From Octopus vulgaris (Eukaryota): a stretch of DNA of 64,000 nt. Within the stretch, counting starts at the first letter, position 1. The number at the start of each line of letters is the position of its first letter. Of the stretch, positions 39,171 through 52,061 are shown in pieces. Both the position numbers and the translations under genes were made by a program. The notes beneath the pieces were generated by a model. The model searched no databases and was not told the DNA's origin. It worked only from the letters and a program-made list of their open reading frames with translations. The stretch spans positions 61,380,001 to 61,444,000 of the forward strand of contig OX597826.1 of NCBI GenBank assembly GCA_951406725.2, given 5' to 3'.

Positions 39171-40044
39171 GAAGGGTCTGCTCGATGCTGGTGTGTTCAC
39201 ATCCCTGTAACTTAGCAGTTCGGCAAAAGTGACCGACAGAATAACTACTAAGCTTACACTCAAGGCGGTGCTCCAGCATGGCCGCATTGAAATGACTGAA
39301 ACAAAGAAAAGGATATATGTGTGTGTTCATGTATGAATAACAAGAAACACTGCCCTACCTATATAATATTGACTCTCTCTCTCTTTACTCTTTTACTCTT
39401 TTACTTGTTTCGGTCATTTGACTGTAGCCATGCTGGAGCACCGCCTTTAGTCGAGCAAATCGACTCCAGGACTTATTTTTGTAAGCCTAGTACTTATTCT
39501 ATCGGTCTCTTTTGCCGAACCGCTAATTTACGGAGACGTAAACTCACCACCGTCGGTTGTCAAGTGATGCTGGGGGGACAAACACAGACACATAAACATA
39601 CACACACACACAAACATATATATGTATACATATATTTACGACGGGCTTCTTTCAGTTTCCGTCTATCAAATCCACTCACAAGGCCTTTGGTCGACCCGGG
39701 GCTATAGTAGAAGACACTTGTCCAAGGTGCCATGCAGTGGGACTGAACCCGGAACCATGTTGTTCATAAGCAAGCTACTTACCACACAGCCACTCCTACG
39801 ACTGTTGAAAAAAAAAAACAACCTTCGATTAGCGGTGAGTATTTAATTATGTTTGTAATTCGAAGGCAAAATCTCCTCACGATTTGTGTTAGATATGAAC
39901 AAAAATCAAAACAACTAGTGACGAAGATATATACTGACGGCCATGCTCTGTACGACAAATATTTGAGTGGACGGTTTCTAGTTTGCAATGCGCAACCAAC
40001 AATGACCAGAAGAAAGCATTAACAAGAAGAAAACTTAAGCTTAC

Positions 40045-40190
40045 CTTCTCCGTTTTTACACAGTTTCTCGTTGGCCTCTTTCAAACGGAAGATATTTATC
40101 CCCAATATATTTAAGGTCGTCCTAACTTGATCACATTTTTTTAAATCATCGTAGCAAGAATAGAGTAGCTCATTGGGCTTTGATCCATCC
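40045..40190 (-). CDS. Gene A internal exon (DGSKPNELLYSCYDDLKKC...EKLCKNGE), 146 nt, phase 2/1
   Basis: Acceptor TTTCTTTTTCTAG, donor AG|GTAAGC; paralogous exon 55776-55924. Confidence 0.87.
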
Positions 40191-40214
40191 CTAGAAAAAG
40201 AAACAAATAAACAC

Positions 40215-40245
<31 letters not shown>

Positions 40246-40247
40246 CA

Positions 40248-40281
<34 letters not shown>

Positions 40282-40439
40282 CATATATACATACACACAT
40301 ACATACATATATACATACATATATACATACATACATACATACATACATACATACATACATACATACATACATACATACATGCATGCATGCATGCATACAT
40401 ACATACATACATACATATATACATACATACATATATACA

Positions 40440-40473
<34 letters not shown>

Positions 40474-40683
40474 CACACATACATACATATATACATACAT
40501 ACATACATATATACATACATACATATATACATACATACATACATATATACATACATATATACATACATACATACATTCATACATATATACATACATACAT
40601 ACATACATACATACATACATGCATGCATGCATGCATACATACATACATACATACATACATACATACATACATACATACATACA

Positions 40684-40745
<62 letters not shown>

Positions 40746-40822
40746 CATACATACATACATATATACATACATACATACATACATACATACATACATACAT
40801 ACATACATACATACATGCATAC

Positions 40823-41978
40823 ATTATTATTATTATTATGGCTGTCCCCTCGCTATCGAGTATGGTCATTGCACGAAGCTTAACTGTTACTGGTGCTGTG
40901 ATCGAATGTGACTTTTTAGCCCAGCTAAAGATCTACAGTGTCTTGTACAAAATTGGCAACTAAAACCTTTACTGGTAATAGCCGGCTGTAGTTGTAACAG
41001 GGCTTCATGTACATACATACATACATACATACATACATACATACATACATACATACATACATACATACATACATACATTATTATTATTATTATTATGGCT
41101 GTCCCCTCGCTATCGAGTATGGCCATTGCACGAAGCTTAACTGTTACTGGTGCTGTGATCGAATGTGACTTTTTAGCCCAGCTAAAGATCTACAGTGTCT
41201 TGTACAAAATTGGCAACTAAAACCTTTACTGGTAATAGCCGGCTGTAGTTGTAACAGGGCTTCATGTACATACATACATACATACATACATACATACATA
41301 CATACATTATTATTATTATTATTATTATTATGGCTGTCCCCTCGCTATCGAGTATGGTCATTGCACGAAGCTTAACTGTTACTGGTGCTGTGATCGAATG
41401 TGACTTTTTAGCCCAGCTAAAGATCTACAATGTCTTGTACAAAATTGGCAACTAAAACCTTTACTGGTAATAGCCGGCTGTAGTTGTAACAGGGCTTCAT
41501 GTACATACATACATACATACATACATACATACATACATACATACATTATTATTATTATTATTATTATTATGGCTGTCCCCTCGCTATCGAGTATGGCCAT
41601 TGCACGAAGCTTAACTGTTACTGGTGCTGTGATTGAATGTGACTTTGTAGCCCAGCTAAAGATCTACAATGTCTTGTACAAAATTGGCAACTAAGATCTT
41701 TACTGGCAATAGCCGGCTGTAGTTGTAACTGGGCTTCATGTACCTTTGCATGTCGTTTAAGTCCTCCTGCCGAATTACCCTCTCTTTCACATGCCCGACA
41801 GATATGATTAGTATGGTGTCTTACACCACCACCAGTGGCCAGGTTGTCACTCATCTGTCTCGTTTTATGACGACGAAGATGACTCATGAGTCCAGCTTTA
41901 CTGAGTCAGGGTCTTGCACAGACATTACATGTCAGAATCATAGGAAGACCCTTCCCTTCTGGAAGTGTAACAGCGATG
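40823..41978 (-). mobile_element. RTE 3' end (C2H2 finger FSCQFCTRHCRSLAGLxSH, 3'UTR, AAT tail) present as three short tandem copies plus one longer copy, embedded in (TACA)n
   Basis: ATGGCTGTCCCC units at 40838, 41095, 41329 and 41569, each bounded by (ATT)n and (TACA)n. Confidence 0.85.
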
Positions 41979-42978
41979 CACATACATACATACATACATA
42001 CATACATACATACATACATACATACATGCATACATACATGCATGCATACATACATACATACATACATGCATACATACATGCATGCATACATACATACATA
42101 CATACATACATACATACATACATACATGTATGCATACATGCATACATACATGCATATTGCATGTCTCTACATAGACACACACACAGAGACACGTGCGCAA
42201 GCACGCACGCACGCACGCACACAGATACGCACGCGCGCACGCACACACACACACACACTCACATACACACACACACATTACAGTAGTATCGGTGCTCAAC
42301 GGTGTTGAGGCACAAGCGAACTGTAGTGATGCCATCTTGGAAATCTCCAGCACGCACGCGCAGGGCTGGAGTCTTCCGGGAGGCTTGCCGGAAGTTCCCT
42401 CATGCGCATGCGCAGAAAACTAGCAGCAGCAAAATTCTCTGGCATCGCACTAACCCTAACCCTGACGCCAGCAGCTGAACAAGACGGACGTGTCTGCATC
42501 AGCTCTCTCGAGCTGCTATCTCGTGGCGCCTCTCCGCTATGCTTGAACGGGCAGGATTAACTCACTCCACTTGACTACAGCCGATAAGCTCCTAGGTTGC
42601 CGATTCGCCCAGAGGAAGGAAATGTTTATATTGCGAATCAAGAAATAAATATTTATGCCGTTGAAGTTAATCGGAAGTCTTGACTCTTTCTTCGATTAAT
42701 ATTTAATGTAAAGGATGCGAGGTGAACCCATCCAATGCGGATATCTCTAATGCTGTTACAGAACTTTAGGTTAGTTAAAATATGCTTATGACATATTTCA
42801 ACTTCTAAACGCAAATTCATAGCAGTTACCGTATAGAAAAAAAAATTCTCTCTTCTGGTAAAAAGGTGTAGAAACATCATATTTGTACAGTGCTGTCACC
42901 TGTTGGATTGTCACACATCGATGTTTCTAACTCTTTCGCAGTATCAACCGGAAGTACCAAAGACAGACATCTCTGGAC

Positions 42979-43047
<69 letters not shown>

Positions 43048-43380
43048 TACATATATATATACATATATACATACATATATATATACATACATATATATAT
43101 ACATACATATATATATATACATATATATATATATGTACATACATATATATATGTACATACATATATATATATACATACATATATATATATACATACATAT
43201 ATATATACATACATATGTACATACATATATATATGTACATACATATATATATATACATACATATATATATATACATACATATATATATACATACATATAT
43301 ATATATATACATACATATATATATATACATATATATATATATACATACATATATATATATACATATATATATATACATAC

Positions 43381-43442
<62 letters not shown>

Positions 43443-43689
43443 ATGTGTGTGTGAGAGAGGATGATGTTTGTATATGTTTATGTTTGTAATCAAACATTCC
43501 CGATTTAAGTAAAAAAAACCCCACTAAATTATCAGTTTGAAGACCGCCTTCAAGTGAAAAACTCTGACCAGAATCATCTTTTGTAAATATCTAATTATCA
43601 CAGTGAAAAAAAATTATCAGAAAATCCATTTCTCATCATTTTATCAAACATACAATATTGTACCAAAGCCTTTCTATCTCCTATTCTAC

Positions 43690-43721
<32 letters not shown>

Positions 43722-44057
43722 TGTATGTATGTATGTATGTATGTATGTATGTATGTATGTATGTATGTATGTATGTATGTATGTATTATGTATGTATGTA
43801 TGTATGTATATATGTAAGTATGTATGTATATATGTATGTATTATGTATGTATGTATGTATGTATATATGTATGTATTATGTATGTATGTATGTATGTATG
43901 TATATATGTATGTATTATGTATGTATGTATGTATGTATGTATGTATGTATGTATGTATGTATGTATGTATGTATGTATGTATTATGTATGTATGTATGTA
44001 TGTATATATGTATGTATTATGTATGTATGTATGTATGTATGTATGTATGTATGTATG

Positions 44058-44420
44058 TTTTGTCTTAAGGCTGTATCATGCGCGGGGACATAGAAATAAT
44101 CGGACTGAATACCCGATCGCGCAGTTAAACCATTGGGAGTGAAGGACTCCTAGCCTTTGTTAGGGCATCCTTCTTCGAGAAGGTAACTCAGGTAACTGGG
44201 ATAACTCCGACATAAAACCTGCGGCTCAGTGGTTACCGATGATGTTGACTTGTTCTTCTTTTCGGATTATGGCTGCTGTTGTTTAGTAAGTGGGATTGAC
44301 TCAGTGCACAGCCTTTCCTCACTTTAAAAACATATTCTTGCACAGGCATTGCACGATAACAACATTGATTAAGCTTCGTGGAATGGCCATACACGATAAC
44401 GAGTGGGCAGCCACCACCAT
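44058..44420 (+). mobile_element. Non-autonomous RTE-dependent retroposon inside (TATG)n
   Basis: 3' end AAGCTTCGTGGAATGGCCATACACGATAACGAGTGGGCAGCCA is homologous to the RTE 3'UTR AAGCTTCGTGCAATGACCATACTCGATAGCGAGGGGACAGCCA. Confidence 0.7.
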
Positions 44421-44531
44421 GTATGTATGTATGTATGTATGTATGTATGTATGTATGTATGTATGTGTGTATGTATTTATGTATGTATGTATGTATGTAT
44501 GCGTGTATGCATGAATGAATGCATGTATGTA

Positions 44532-44562
<31 letters not shown>

Positions 44563-45154
44563 GTATGTATGTATGTATGTATGTATGTATGTATGCATGC
44601 ATGCATGCATGCATTCATGTATGTATGTATGCATGCATGTATGCATGTATGTATGCATGTATGTATGTATCTATGTATGTATGCGTGTATGTATGTATGT
44701 ATGTATGCGTGTATGCATGCATGTATGTATGTATGTATGCGTGTATGCATGCATGTATGTATGTAGGTATGTATGTGTGCATGTATGTATGTATGTATGT
44801 ATGCATGTATGCGTGTATGCATGCATGTATGTATGTAAATTTATGTGTCCGTGTTTCACATAATTTTCTTGTTAGTTTTATGCATATATGATGTATATAT
44901 ATGTACCAAGCGGTGTTGCCCTAACCACAAGGCCAGCTATTTCTGGCCTTACATCAACGTAAGTGCTCAGCTGCTACATTATTTATAGAAAGGATGAAAA
45001 CTAAAGTGGTTCTCGGCAGAATTTGAACTCAGAACGTAAAAACGGATGAAATGCCGCAATGTATTTTCTCCGGCAACCCAACGATTCTGGTAGCACCCTC
45101 GAAATTGCTGGCCTTGCGCAAACATTTGAAACAAATATGTAGTTTATCATGTTT

Positions 45155-45229
45155 GGGCAGATGGCGTAGTGGTTAAGGGCACGGGCTACTAACCCCAAGA
45201 TACCGAGTTCGATTCCAGGCAATGACTTG
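45155..45229 (+). mobile_element. tRNA-like repeat head (family D); also at 19125-19198 (-) and 20020-20081 (+)
   Basis: TGGCGTAGTGGTTAAG A-box, GAGTTCGATTCC B-box, anticodon-like stem GGG-CTACTAA-CCC. Confidence 0.7.
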
Positions 45230-45236
45230 AATAATG

Positions 45237-45277
<41 letters not shown>

Positions 45278-45278
<1 letters not shown>

Positions 45279-45823
45279 CAGTACCAGGCAGTGGCTCTCA
45301 TGGCTTCTGATCTTAACTGATTGGAAGTGTTATCATGTACATTGTTTTGTCTTGGTATAAAAGATGGGCTACAGCAAATATTCTGCTCAATACCACAGAT
45401 TTGCTTGTCAGTTGTTTGACCGTAACCAGTTGAGCATGTCCCTTAGTGGCTGACGATATGTGCATCTCTGATCACGAGCAGAAGTAGTGGGGGAGCATCA
45501 TAGCCATGTGTTGAGAGGGATTCTTTGGGGTTTGAATAATTCACCTCTGGAAACATGGGTGGTTCTTTCAACATCCTTAAACAACCCTTATTCAGGGACC
45601 TTTTGAGCGGGATGGGCTACTCAACCTGAAGAAAATTCTAACTGGGCCCCACCTGCAAGGTCATATGCTGTTTATCTTGATATGAGATCACCATGTCGCG
45701 CACATATGGTTGTGATGCATGTGCCTGGTGTACCCTTATCAGACGGGTAGTCATGATGGGTATATTGGGCTTCGTATATTTTACCCCAGTGTCACTTTGA
45801 TGGCATGAACTGCTCTCTCACTC
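45278..45823. mobile_element. Unclassified ~550-bp insertion flanked on both sides by (AAT)n
   Basis: Sharp boundaries inside an AAT array; no long ORF. Confidence 0.55.
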
Positions 45824-45884
<61 letters not shown>

Positions 45885-46066
45885 GAGACACACCGTAAAG
45901 AAGAAGACAAATCTCTAATGTTTACATACTCTAGTCAACCTTATACCATTCTTATTCTTTGTTGAACATATTCTAACTGATTTCCAACACAGGTACAAGA
46001 TTTTCTAAATTATAAAGCAGTGAATAATTAGATTAATAAGTTATATTTAATAAAATGTCAAATTAC

Positions 46067-46208
46067 TTGCACATCAATTCCGTCTGACTTCTTGGGATAC
46101 GATTACCGTTCAATGAGTTCAAATTTAATTTCGATATACATTTCTGAAATTCACCGATAGCCTTCTCCATACAACCGTCACCCAATGATATCCACTGGAA
46201 AATACTAT
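46067..46208 (-). CDS. Gene A N-proximal exon (SIFQWISLGDGCMEKAIGEFQKC...TELMC), 142 nt, phase 1/2
   Basis: Acceptor TTTTATATTTCAG, donor AA|GTAATT; AA+G completes Lys with the 40190 exon; open frame with 3 Cys. Confidence 0.72.
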
Positions 46209-46293
46209 CTGAAATATAAAATGTATAAGCAGATCTTTACAGTAAGCAACAGGTCTTTAAAGAATTAGCTACAAGTATTTATGCGCCTAGTTA

Positions 46294-46802
46294 CCGTAAA
46301 TCCTCGAGTATTGTCCGCCCTTGAGTATAATACGCAGGGGGATTTTTAGGGGGCTATACCTCTGAAAAGCCTAAACCTTATGTATAATACGCTTGAGTCG
46401 TGCGTAATTATGCCAGTGGCACCTAGTCGAACAAACACTTCCGCGCATGCGTAATACAATAATGGTGATGTTCTTAATTGTTATATGGGAATGTAAATAT
46501 GTTTGCAAATTGTTTTTGTTACATGTTATTCTGTGTTCTGAATACTTTAATTTTAATAAATGTTGCTTACTGTAAGTTATGGATGATTCTTTTATGACTT
46601 CATTACTTTCAGGCTTAGCTTAAGGTATTTTCGTGCCCGACATCACAAAATGCGTCTGAATAAACATTGCCGGACAGCAAATAGAGACTCGAACATTGCT
46701 TAGAAAATATATTTCTTTTTTAACCTCGTATATAGTACGCACTAGGAATTTTGACCTTTAAATTTTGGGAAAAAAATGCGGATTATACTTGAGGATTTAC
46801 GG
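46294..46802. mobile_element. Tc1/mariner-superfamily (pogo/Tigger-like) MITE with TA TSD
   Basis: TA|CCGTAAATCCTCGAGTATTGTCCGC ... GCGGATTATACTTGAGGATTTACGG|TA. Confidence 0.85.
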
Positions 46803-47727
46803 TATATAATGTCTGTCTTTTTTTAGTGTTCTTGTGCGTGAATATGTGCTGACAACAATTCTCTGTTTTTAAAATCTTAGCATTTACTCAAAATTGCTAC
46901 ATTATGTTCAAGTGGTAGTGTTTGCAATAACATGTGTTACTAGACCTCCGGGTTGATCAATTAGTTCTAAGTATAGATTGTTGATTTGAAAAGCAGAAAA
47001 ATGAGCAGCCAGGGATTGTAAATACAAATACTCACCTCCACATATTTATATATTAGAGTGAACAAGCAATTTTAAAGATATGATATTTAACGGTTTTCTG
47101 GGGGTTCGTAGACTGCGTGGAGATGAGTGGTAGGGTTATCAACGATTGAGTCAATTAACGCAGATGTACTCCAACGTGAATTCGGCTTACAGGGTTTTTA
47201 AAGGAATCCTGGCGACATTCTTAACCAATTAACCATTAAATAGAACAAACATGGCTCAAACTTCCACTGCTCCAATTGCCTCACGAAATGGTTTCGTTAT
47301 GCTCGAGTCACTTTGTGAACACCCCACAGAATTCCTCTAAAGTGAAGGAAGCCAGAACTCTTGACATAGCCTTCTTCACCTTCAAAATAATTACCTCTAA
47401 GGTTTACGTTCAGCTTGGAGAATAACCAAAAGTCAGAGGAAGCAAAGCCTAAAATGTAGGAAGGACGTGGGAAATTTTGTTGCCCATCTCTGTCATGTAG
47501 TTGGTTACCAGGATGTTCATCACAGAGTGGCCTGGGAACAAACTTTGCATAAATTTTGTGCAGGTGTGGCTATGTGGTAAGTAGCTTGCTTACCAACCAC
47601 ATGGTTCGGGGATCAGTCCCACTGCGTAGCACCTTGGGCAAGTGTCTTCTACTATAGCCTTGGGTCGACCAATGCTTTGTGAGTGGATTTGGTAGACGGA
47701 AACTGAAGGAAGCCCGTCGTATATATG

Positions 47728-47782
<55 letters not shown>

Positions 47783-48078
47783 GGTTGTGTGTCTGTGTTT
47801 GTCCCACCACCATCGCTTGTCAACCGATGGTGGTGTGTTTGCGTCACCGTAATTTAGCGGTTCGGCAAAAGAGACCGATAGAATAAGTACTAGGCTTACA
47901 AAGAATAAGTCCCGGAGTTGATTTGCTCGACTAAAGGCGGTGCTCCACCATGGCCGCAGTCAAATGACTGAAACAAGTAATAGAGTGTATAGTTTCTGAT
48001 TTAGGCACGAAGCTAGTAACTTTTTGGAGATGGGGTTAATCGATGCGTAGGTCAATTTTTTTTTTTAGCAAATAACTT

Positions 48079-48271
48079 TTAGCTAATAGCAAAAATTATT
48101 AAACAAGGAAATGAGGGAGATATTTTGAAGTGATTTTTACCAACTGAACCAATATTGTTGATAGATCTACATTTGTCAGACATGATATAATAGGTGTTGT
48201 TCTGCATTATTTTAATAAACTTTTCTGGACACTTAAAGTCGGTCAGTTTTTCAATTCCATTTTTCAAAATT
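48079..48271 (-). CDS. Gene B terminal exon (ILKNGIEKLTDFKCPEK...DKCRSINNIGSVGKNHFKISPSFPCLIIFAIS*)
   Basis: Acceptor TATATTTTTCAG; phase 2; paralog of 35411-35612. Confidence 0.85.
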
Positions 48272-48447
48272 CTGAAAAATATAAAAATAACATTTTGAAG
48301 TTTCATTATAGTTTCCAAAGATGTTTGAGAACAGCAAGTGGCTCTAAGAACAACGACAAAGCTATGTATTTATCGGTATGTATTTAAGTACAACTTGATA
48401 CGAGAGAGAGATAGAGCAATGTAAATTTAATAGGATATATAATGGAA

Positions 48448-48826
48448 CTAGCAGTATCGCCCGGCGTTGCTCGGGTTTGTAAGGGAAATAATTATAAAGC
48501 ATTTTTAGAGAGTTATATCCAAAAAATAGCAAAAAAAATGGAAAAAAAAAGGTAAATTTTTTTTAGTTAAAAAGGTCGAGTTGCGTCCCCTAGACAGTCT
48601 GTGGTTTGTGTTTCTGATTCTCGACCCCATGTCGAATTTATCGATTCTTTTCAGAACTGGGGGAACTTTTCAAAATTTTCGCTGCGTTAGTTTTGAATTA
48701 TGACATTGGGCTATGTGTGTGTCAAGTTTCATCAGAATCGGTTGAAAGCCGTGGTCAAGGTGAGGGCACAACCTGACAGACACACAGACACACAGACAGA
48801 CAAACTGCCGTTTATATAGAGAGAGA
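48448..48826 (-). mobile_element. Non-autonomous Helitron whose empty site is visible nearby
   Basis: 5' TC, 3' hairpin plus CTAG, inserted at A|T; empty site AATGGAA|TTA in the duplicate at ~49368-49380. Confidence 0.88.
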
Positions 48827-48974
48827 TTATGAAATTTTTGTTTGTTCTTTAAATATATTCGAAGTTTGAAATTTGGGAAATGGCATGACATACTAAAAAA
48901 AAAAAAAAAGTAAGGAATTTATCAGAAAATACAGGGCGCTAGAGCTACTTGAAGTCATATTTAGTATAGATAGA

Positions 48975-49302
48975 TAGGAGCACCCCGTCGGTTACGACGA
49001 TGAGGGTCCCAGCTGATACGATCAACGGAACAGCTTGCTGGTGAAATTAACGTGCAAATGGCTGAGCATTCCACAGACACGTGTACCCTTAACGTAGTTC
49101 TCGGGGATAATCAGCGTGACACAGAGAGTGACAAGGCTGACCCTTTGAAATACAAGTACAACTCATTTTTGCCAGCTGAGTGGACTGGAGCAACGTGAAA
49201 TAAAGTGTCTTGCTCATGGACACAACGCGTCGCCGGGAATCGAACTCACAACCTTACGATCATGAGCCGAATGCCCTAACCACTAAGCCACGCGCCCTCA
49301 CA
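48975..49302 (-). mobile_element. SINE (family E head, tail shared with family C)
   Basis: GAGGGCGCGTGGCTTAGTGGTTAGGG head; related copies at 7520-7665 and 22775-22905. Confidence 0.8.
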
Positions 49303-49524
49303 GTATGTATTTAAGTACAACTTGATACGAGAGAGAGATAGAGCAATGTAAATTTAATAGGATATATAATGGAATTACGAAATTTTTGTTTGTTCTTTAA
49401 ATATATTCGAAGTTTGAAATTTGGGAAATGGCATGACATACTAAAAAAAAAAAAAAGTAAGGAATTTATCAGAAAATACAGGGTGCTAGAGCTACTTGAA
49501 GTCATATTTAGTATAGATAGATAG

Positions 49525-49904
49525 AAGCACTCCGTCGGTTACGACGATGAGGGTCCCAGCTGATACGATCAACGGAACAGCTTGCTCGTGGAATTAACGT
49601 GCAAGTGGCTGAGCATTCCACAGACACGTGTACCCTTAACGTAGTTCTCGAGGAGATTCAGCGTGACACAGAGTGTGACAAGGCCGGCCCTTTGAAATAC
49701 AGGTACAACAGGAACAGGAAGAAAGAGTGAGAGAAAGTTGTGGTGAAAGAGTACAGCACGGTTCACCACCACCCCCTGCAGGAGCCTTGTGAAGCTTTAG
49801 GTGTTTTCGCTCAATAAACACTCATAATGCCCGGTTTGGGAATCGAAACCGCGATCCTACGACCGCGAGTCCGCTGCCCTAACCAACTGGGCCATTGCGC
49901 CTCC
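49525..49904 (-). mobile_element. SINE family C with TSD CATATTTAGTATA
   Basis: TSD on both sides; (CTAT)n tail. Confidence 0.85.
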
Positions 49905-50972
49905 CATATTTAGTATATTAATGAAACAAATCTAATGTAGCAAAAACAAAAACAAAAAACCAAACGTATTTTAATAAAAATAAATTCTGCGCATTGTTTC
50001 CGATGAGCATTTTTTATAAAATTTTTCTATGAATCTATCTTCAGTTTCGATGATTGTTTCAAAACGAGACTGGAATCATCAACATTCCTGCACTAAACAG
50101 TTCTTATTGATTCTGCATATCGCCTGGAAAATGGCCGCTTTCGGTGAAGCTATGGTATTGCGATGATGTCAATTAGTCTCCCTTTGAACAATAATCTAAA
50201 CGTAGTAGTACTTGGGATTGAAATCGGACGAGTTCAGAGGCTAAAAGTTTGGTGTTCCTCGATCGTAATGATATAATGTCATCCATTCTTGGGTTATGTG
50301 AACTTTGTGAAATGGAAGTGAGCATTATTGAAACACGCTTGGCATTCCACAGCGTACTTCATTCAGAGTTTAACAACTGTCTTCGGCACCTCAACGTATT
50401 CTATGACCCTTATGATAAGGAATTGTACGTTTATATGTGTATAAAAACGCATCGAGTCGGGCTCTGAACGACTTCATCGGACAACCGGATACGTGTTTCA
50501 GCGTGGGGAAACCCATTTCCCCAGTAACAAATATAATTTCAGTCGTCTACACTCTCGTCGGAACTTCTGTTCCTATATATAAAATGCATAAAATGCATTT
50601 AATCTTTATTTATAGGAAGGTAAATTCCGATTGGGGAATGAATGATATAAGAGATTTTGTTACTGAAGACGAGCAATCGCATTGAAACATACGTCGTACG
50701 TCAGAATCTACCACTGCGGGGATAATTATATTATAATCGATAATGTACATTCCTCTTCAAAAATAACACACAAAAACGTTGAGGAAGAGGGTGTATACAG
50801 TATTGCATATTGCTGTTATTTATTACACCGACCAAGGGAGATGGAAGTTAACTCAAGTGAGATCGGAACCAAGGACCTTGAGCCTTGAATATAATTACAT
50901 TAAAACTCTACCGTGTCTACTAATCATTACTCAAGTATCATTAAATAATAAAAACAAATTTTCTCTACATAC

Positions 50973-51144
50973 GGACAATATTTCTTGAAGTACTCTTGTC
51001 TTGAAATTTTATATAGTCCCTGCTGCATGAATAAGTGTCTCCCTTTCTCGAAGAGCAACTGAAATTCCTTTAATTCATTCGTTGATCTATTGTTTAATAG
51101 ATTCATCATATTTTCTAAGAAACATGGCATATGCTCAAGTATAA
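50973..51144 (-). CDS. Gene B internal exon (ILEHMPCFLEN...FQLLFEKGRHLFMQQ...KKYC), 172 nt
   Basis: Acceptor CTGTTTCAG, donor CC|GTATGT. Confidence 0.87.
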
Positions 51145-51226
51145 CTGAAACAGATTAACGATAGGTACTGTAAATTAACGTTTTCTTTAGGGTTTCTTTA
51201 AATCTTGAGTCAGTATATAAGTGTAT

Positions 51227-51265
<39 letters not shown>

Positions 51266-51637
51266 AAATATGGAATATGAATTAGAGATAAAACCACTAT
51301 TATGCAACTCAAACAGTGATAGACATAAACCAATACATAAATAACAAATAATATTCATTCCTAGAGGGTATTGGAATATCCTTCAAAGATGAATTCCAAA
51401 TTAACGGTTCCATCTTACCTGTAAGTTCCATATCATACGAAATTGAGATTAAATACACTCAATAAATGTAAGCTATCAATATAATAATAATTATAATAAT
51501 AATATTAGGGAGTATAACTCTAAACTTACAGGGAAAAATTCAATTTAGTATAAAATCAAATTTCACAGTATAAATATATAAAATATGAATTAGAGATAAA
51601 ACCACTATTATGCAACTCAAACAGTGATAGACATAAA

Positions 51638-51674
<37 letters not shown>

Positions 51675-52061
51675 GAGCAAAACGACCCCCCCCCCGTCCA
51701 ATGGACGGACTGAGTTGTCAAACATTTAAACCAAATTTTCTCAAAACAACTTGTCCGACCGTCCCATTTTGTGGCATTATTTCAAGCCAGCCGGCTTTTT
51801 TTGCGCAAACTGCACGTGCATTTTTCTCGCGTACGCGTAGTATACATCGCAACAGCTGATGTACTTGCGCGTAGAAATGCACGTTCCCACGGCTTTATCG
51901 ATCGTATTCTCACCTGGAATCGATTTTTGTAATTTTTTCAAGACTTATACACGCCCTGATACCGTCGGTATCTACATATCAAATTTGAGCGCAATTGGAT
52001 GGAGGATGCCGAGATCCTAGAAGACACACAGACAGACAGACGGAACGGATTTTATATAATA

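Noticed and set aside
40887-41887. Host C2H2 zinc-finger gene cluster
   Set aside because: The motif is the RTE ORF C-terminus followed by a 3'UTR and AAT tail; no TGEKP linkers
40019-44891. Many long [12 protein letters not shown] ORFs (also at 9856-11718 and 24285-24784)
   Set aside because: Translations of stop-free TATG/TA/CA microsatellites; only 40045-40190 within them is a supported exon
45155-45229. Functional tRNA gene (also the SINE heads at 27509 and 49300)
   Set aside because: Acceptor stem does not pair well, copies are diverged, and they are attached to repeat bodies
47036-47100. Definitive first exon of gene A (strong GAG|GTGAGT donor)
   Set aside because: The phase-1 frame needed for the 46208 acceptor has a TAA; it works only with an alternative acceptor (exon start 46204) or as UTR, so it is left unresolved
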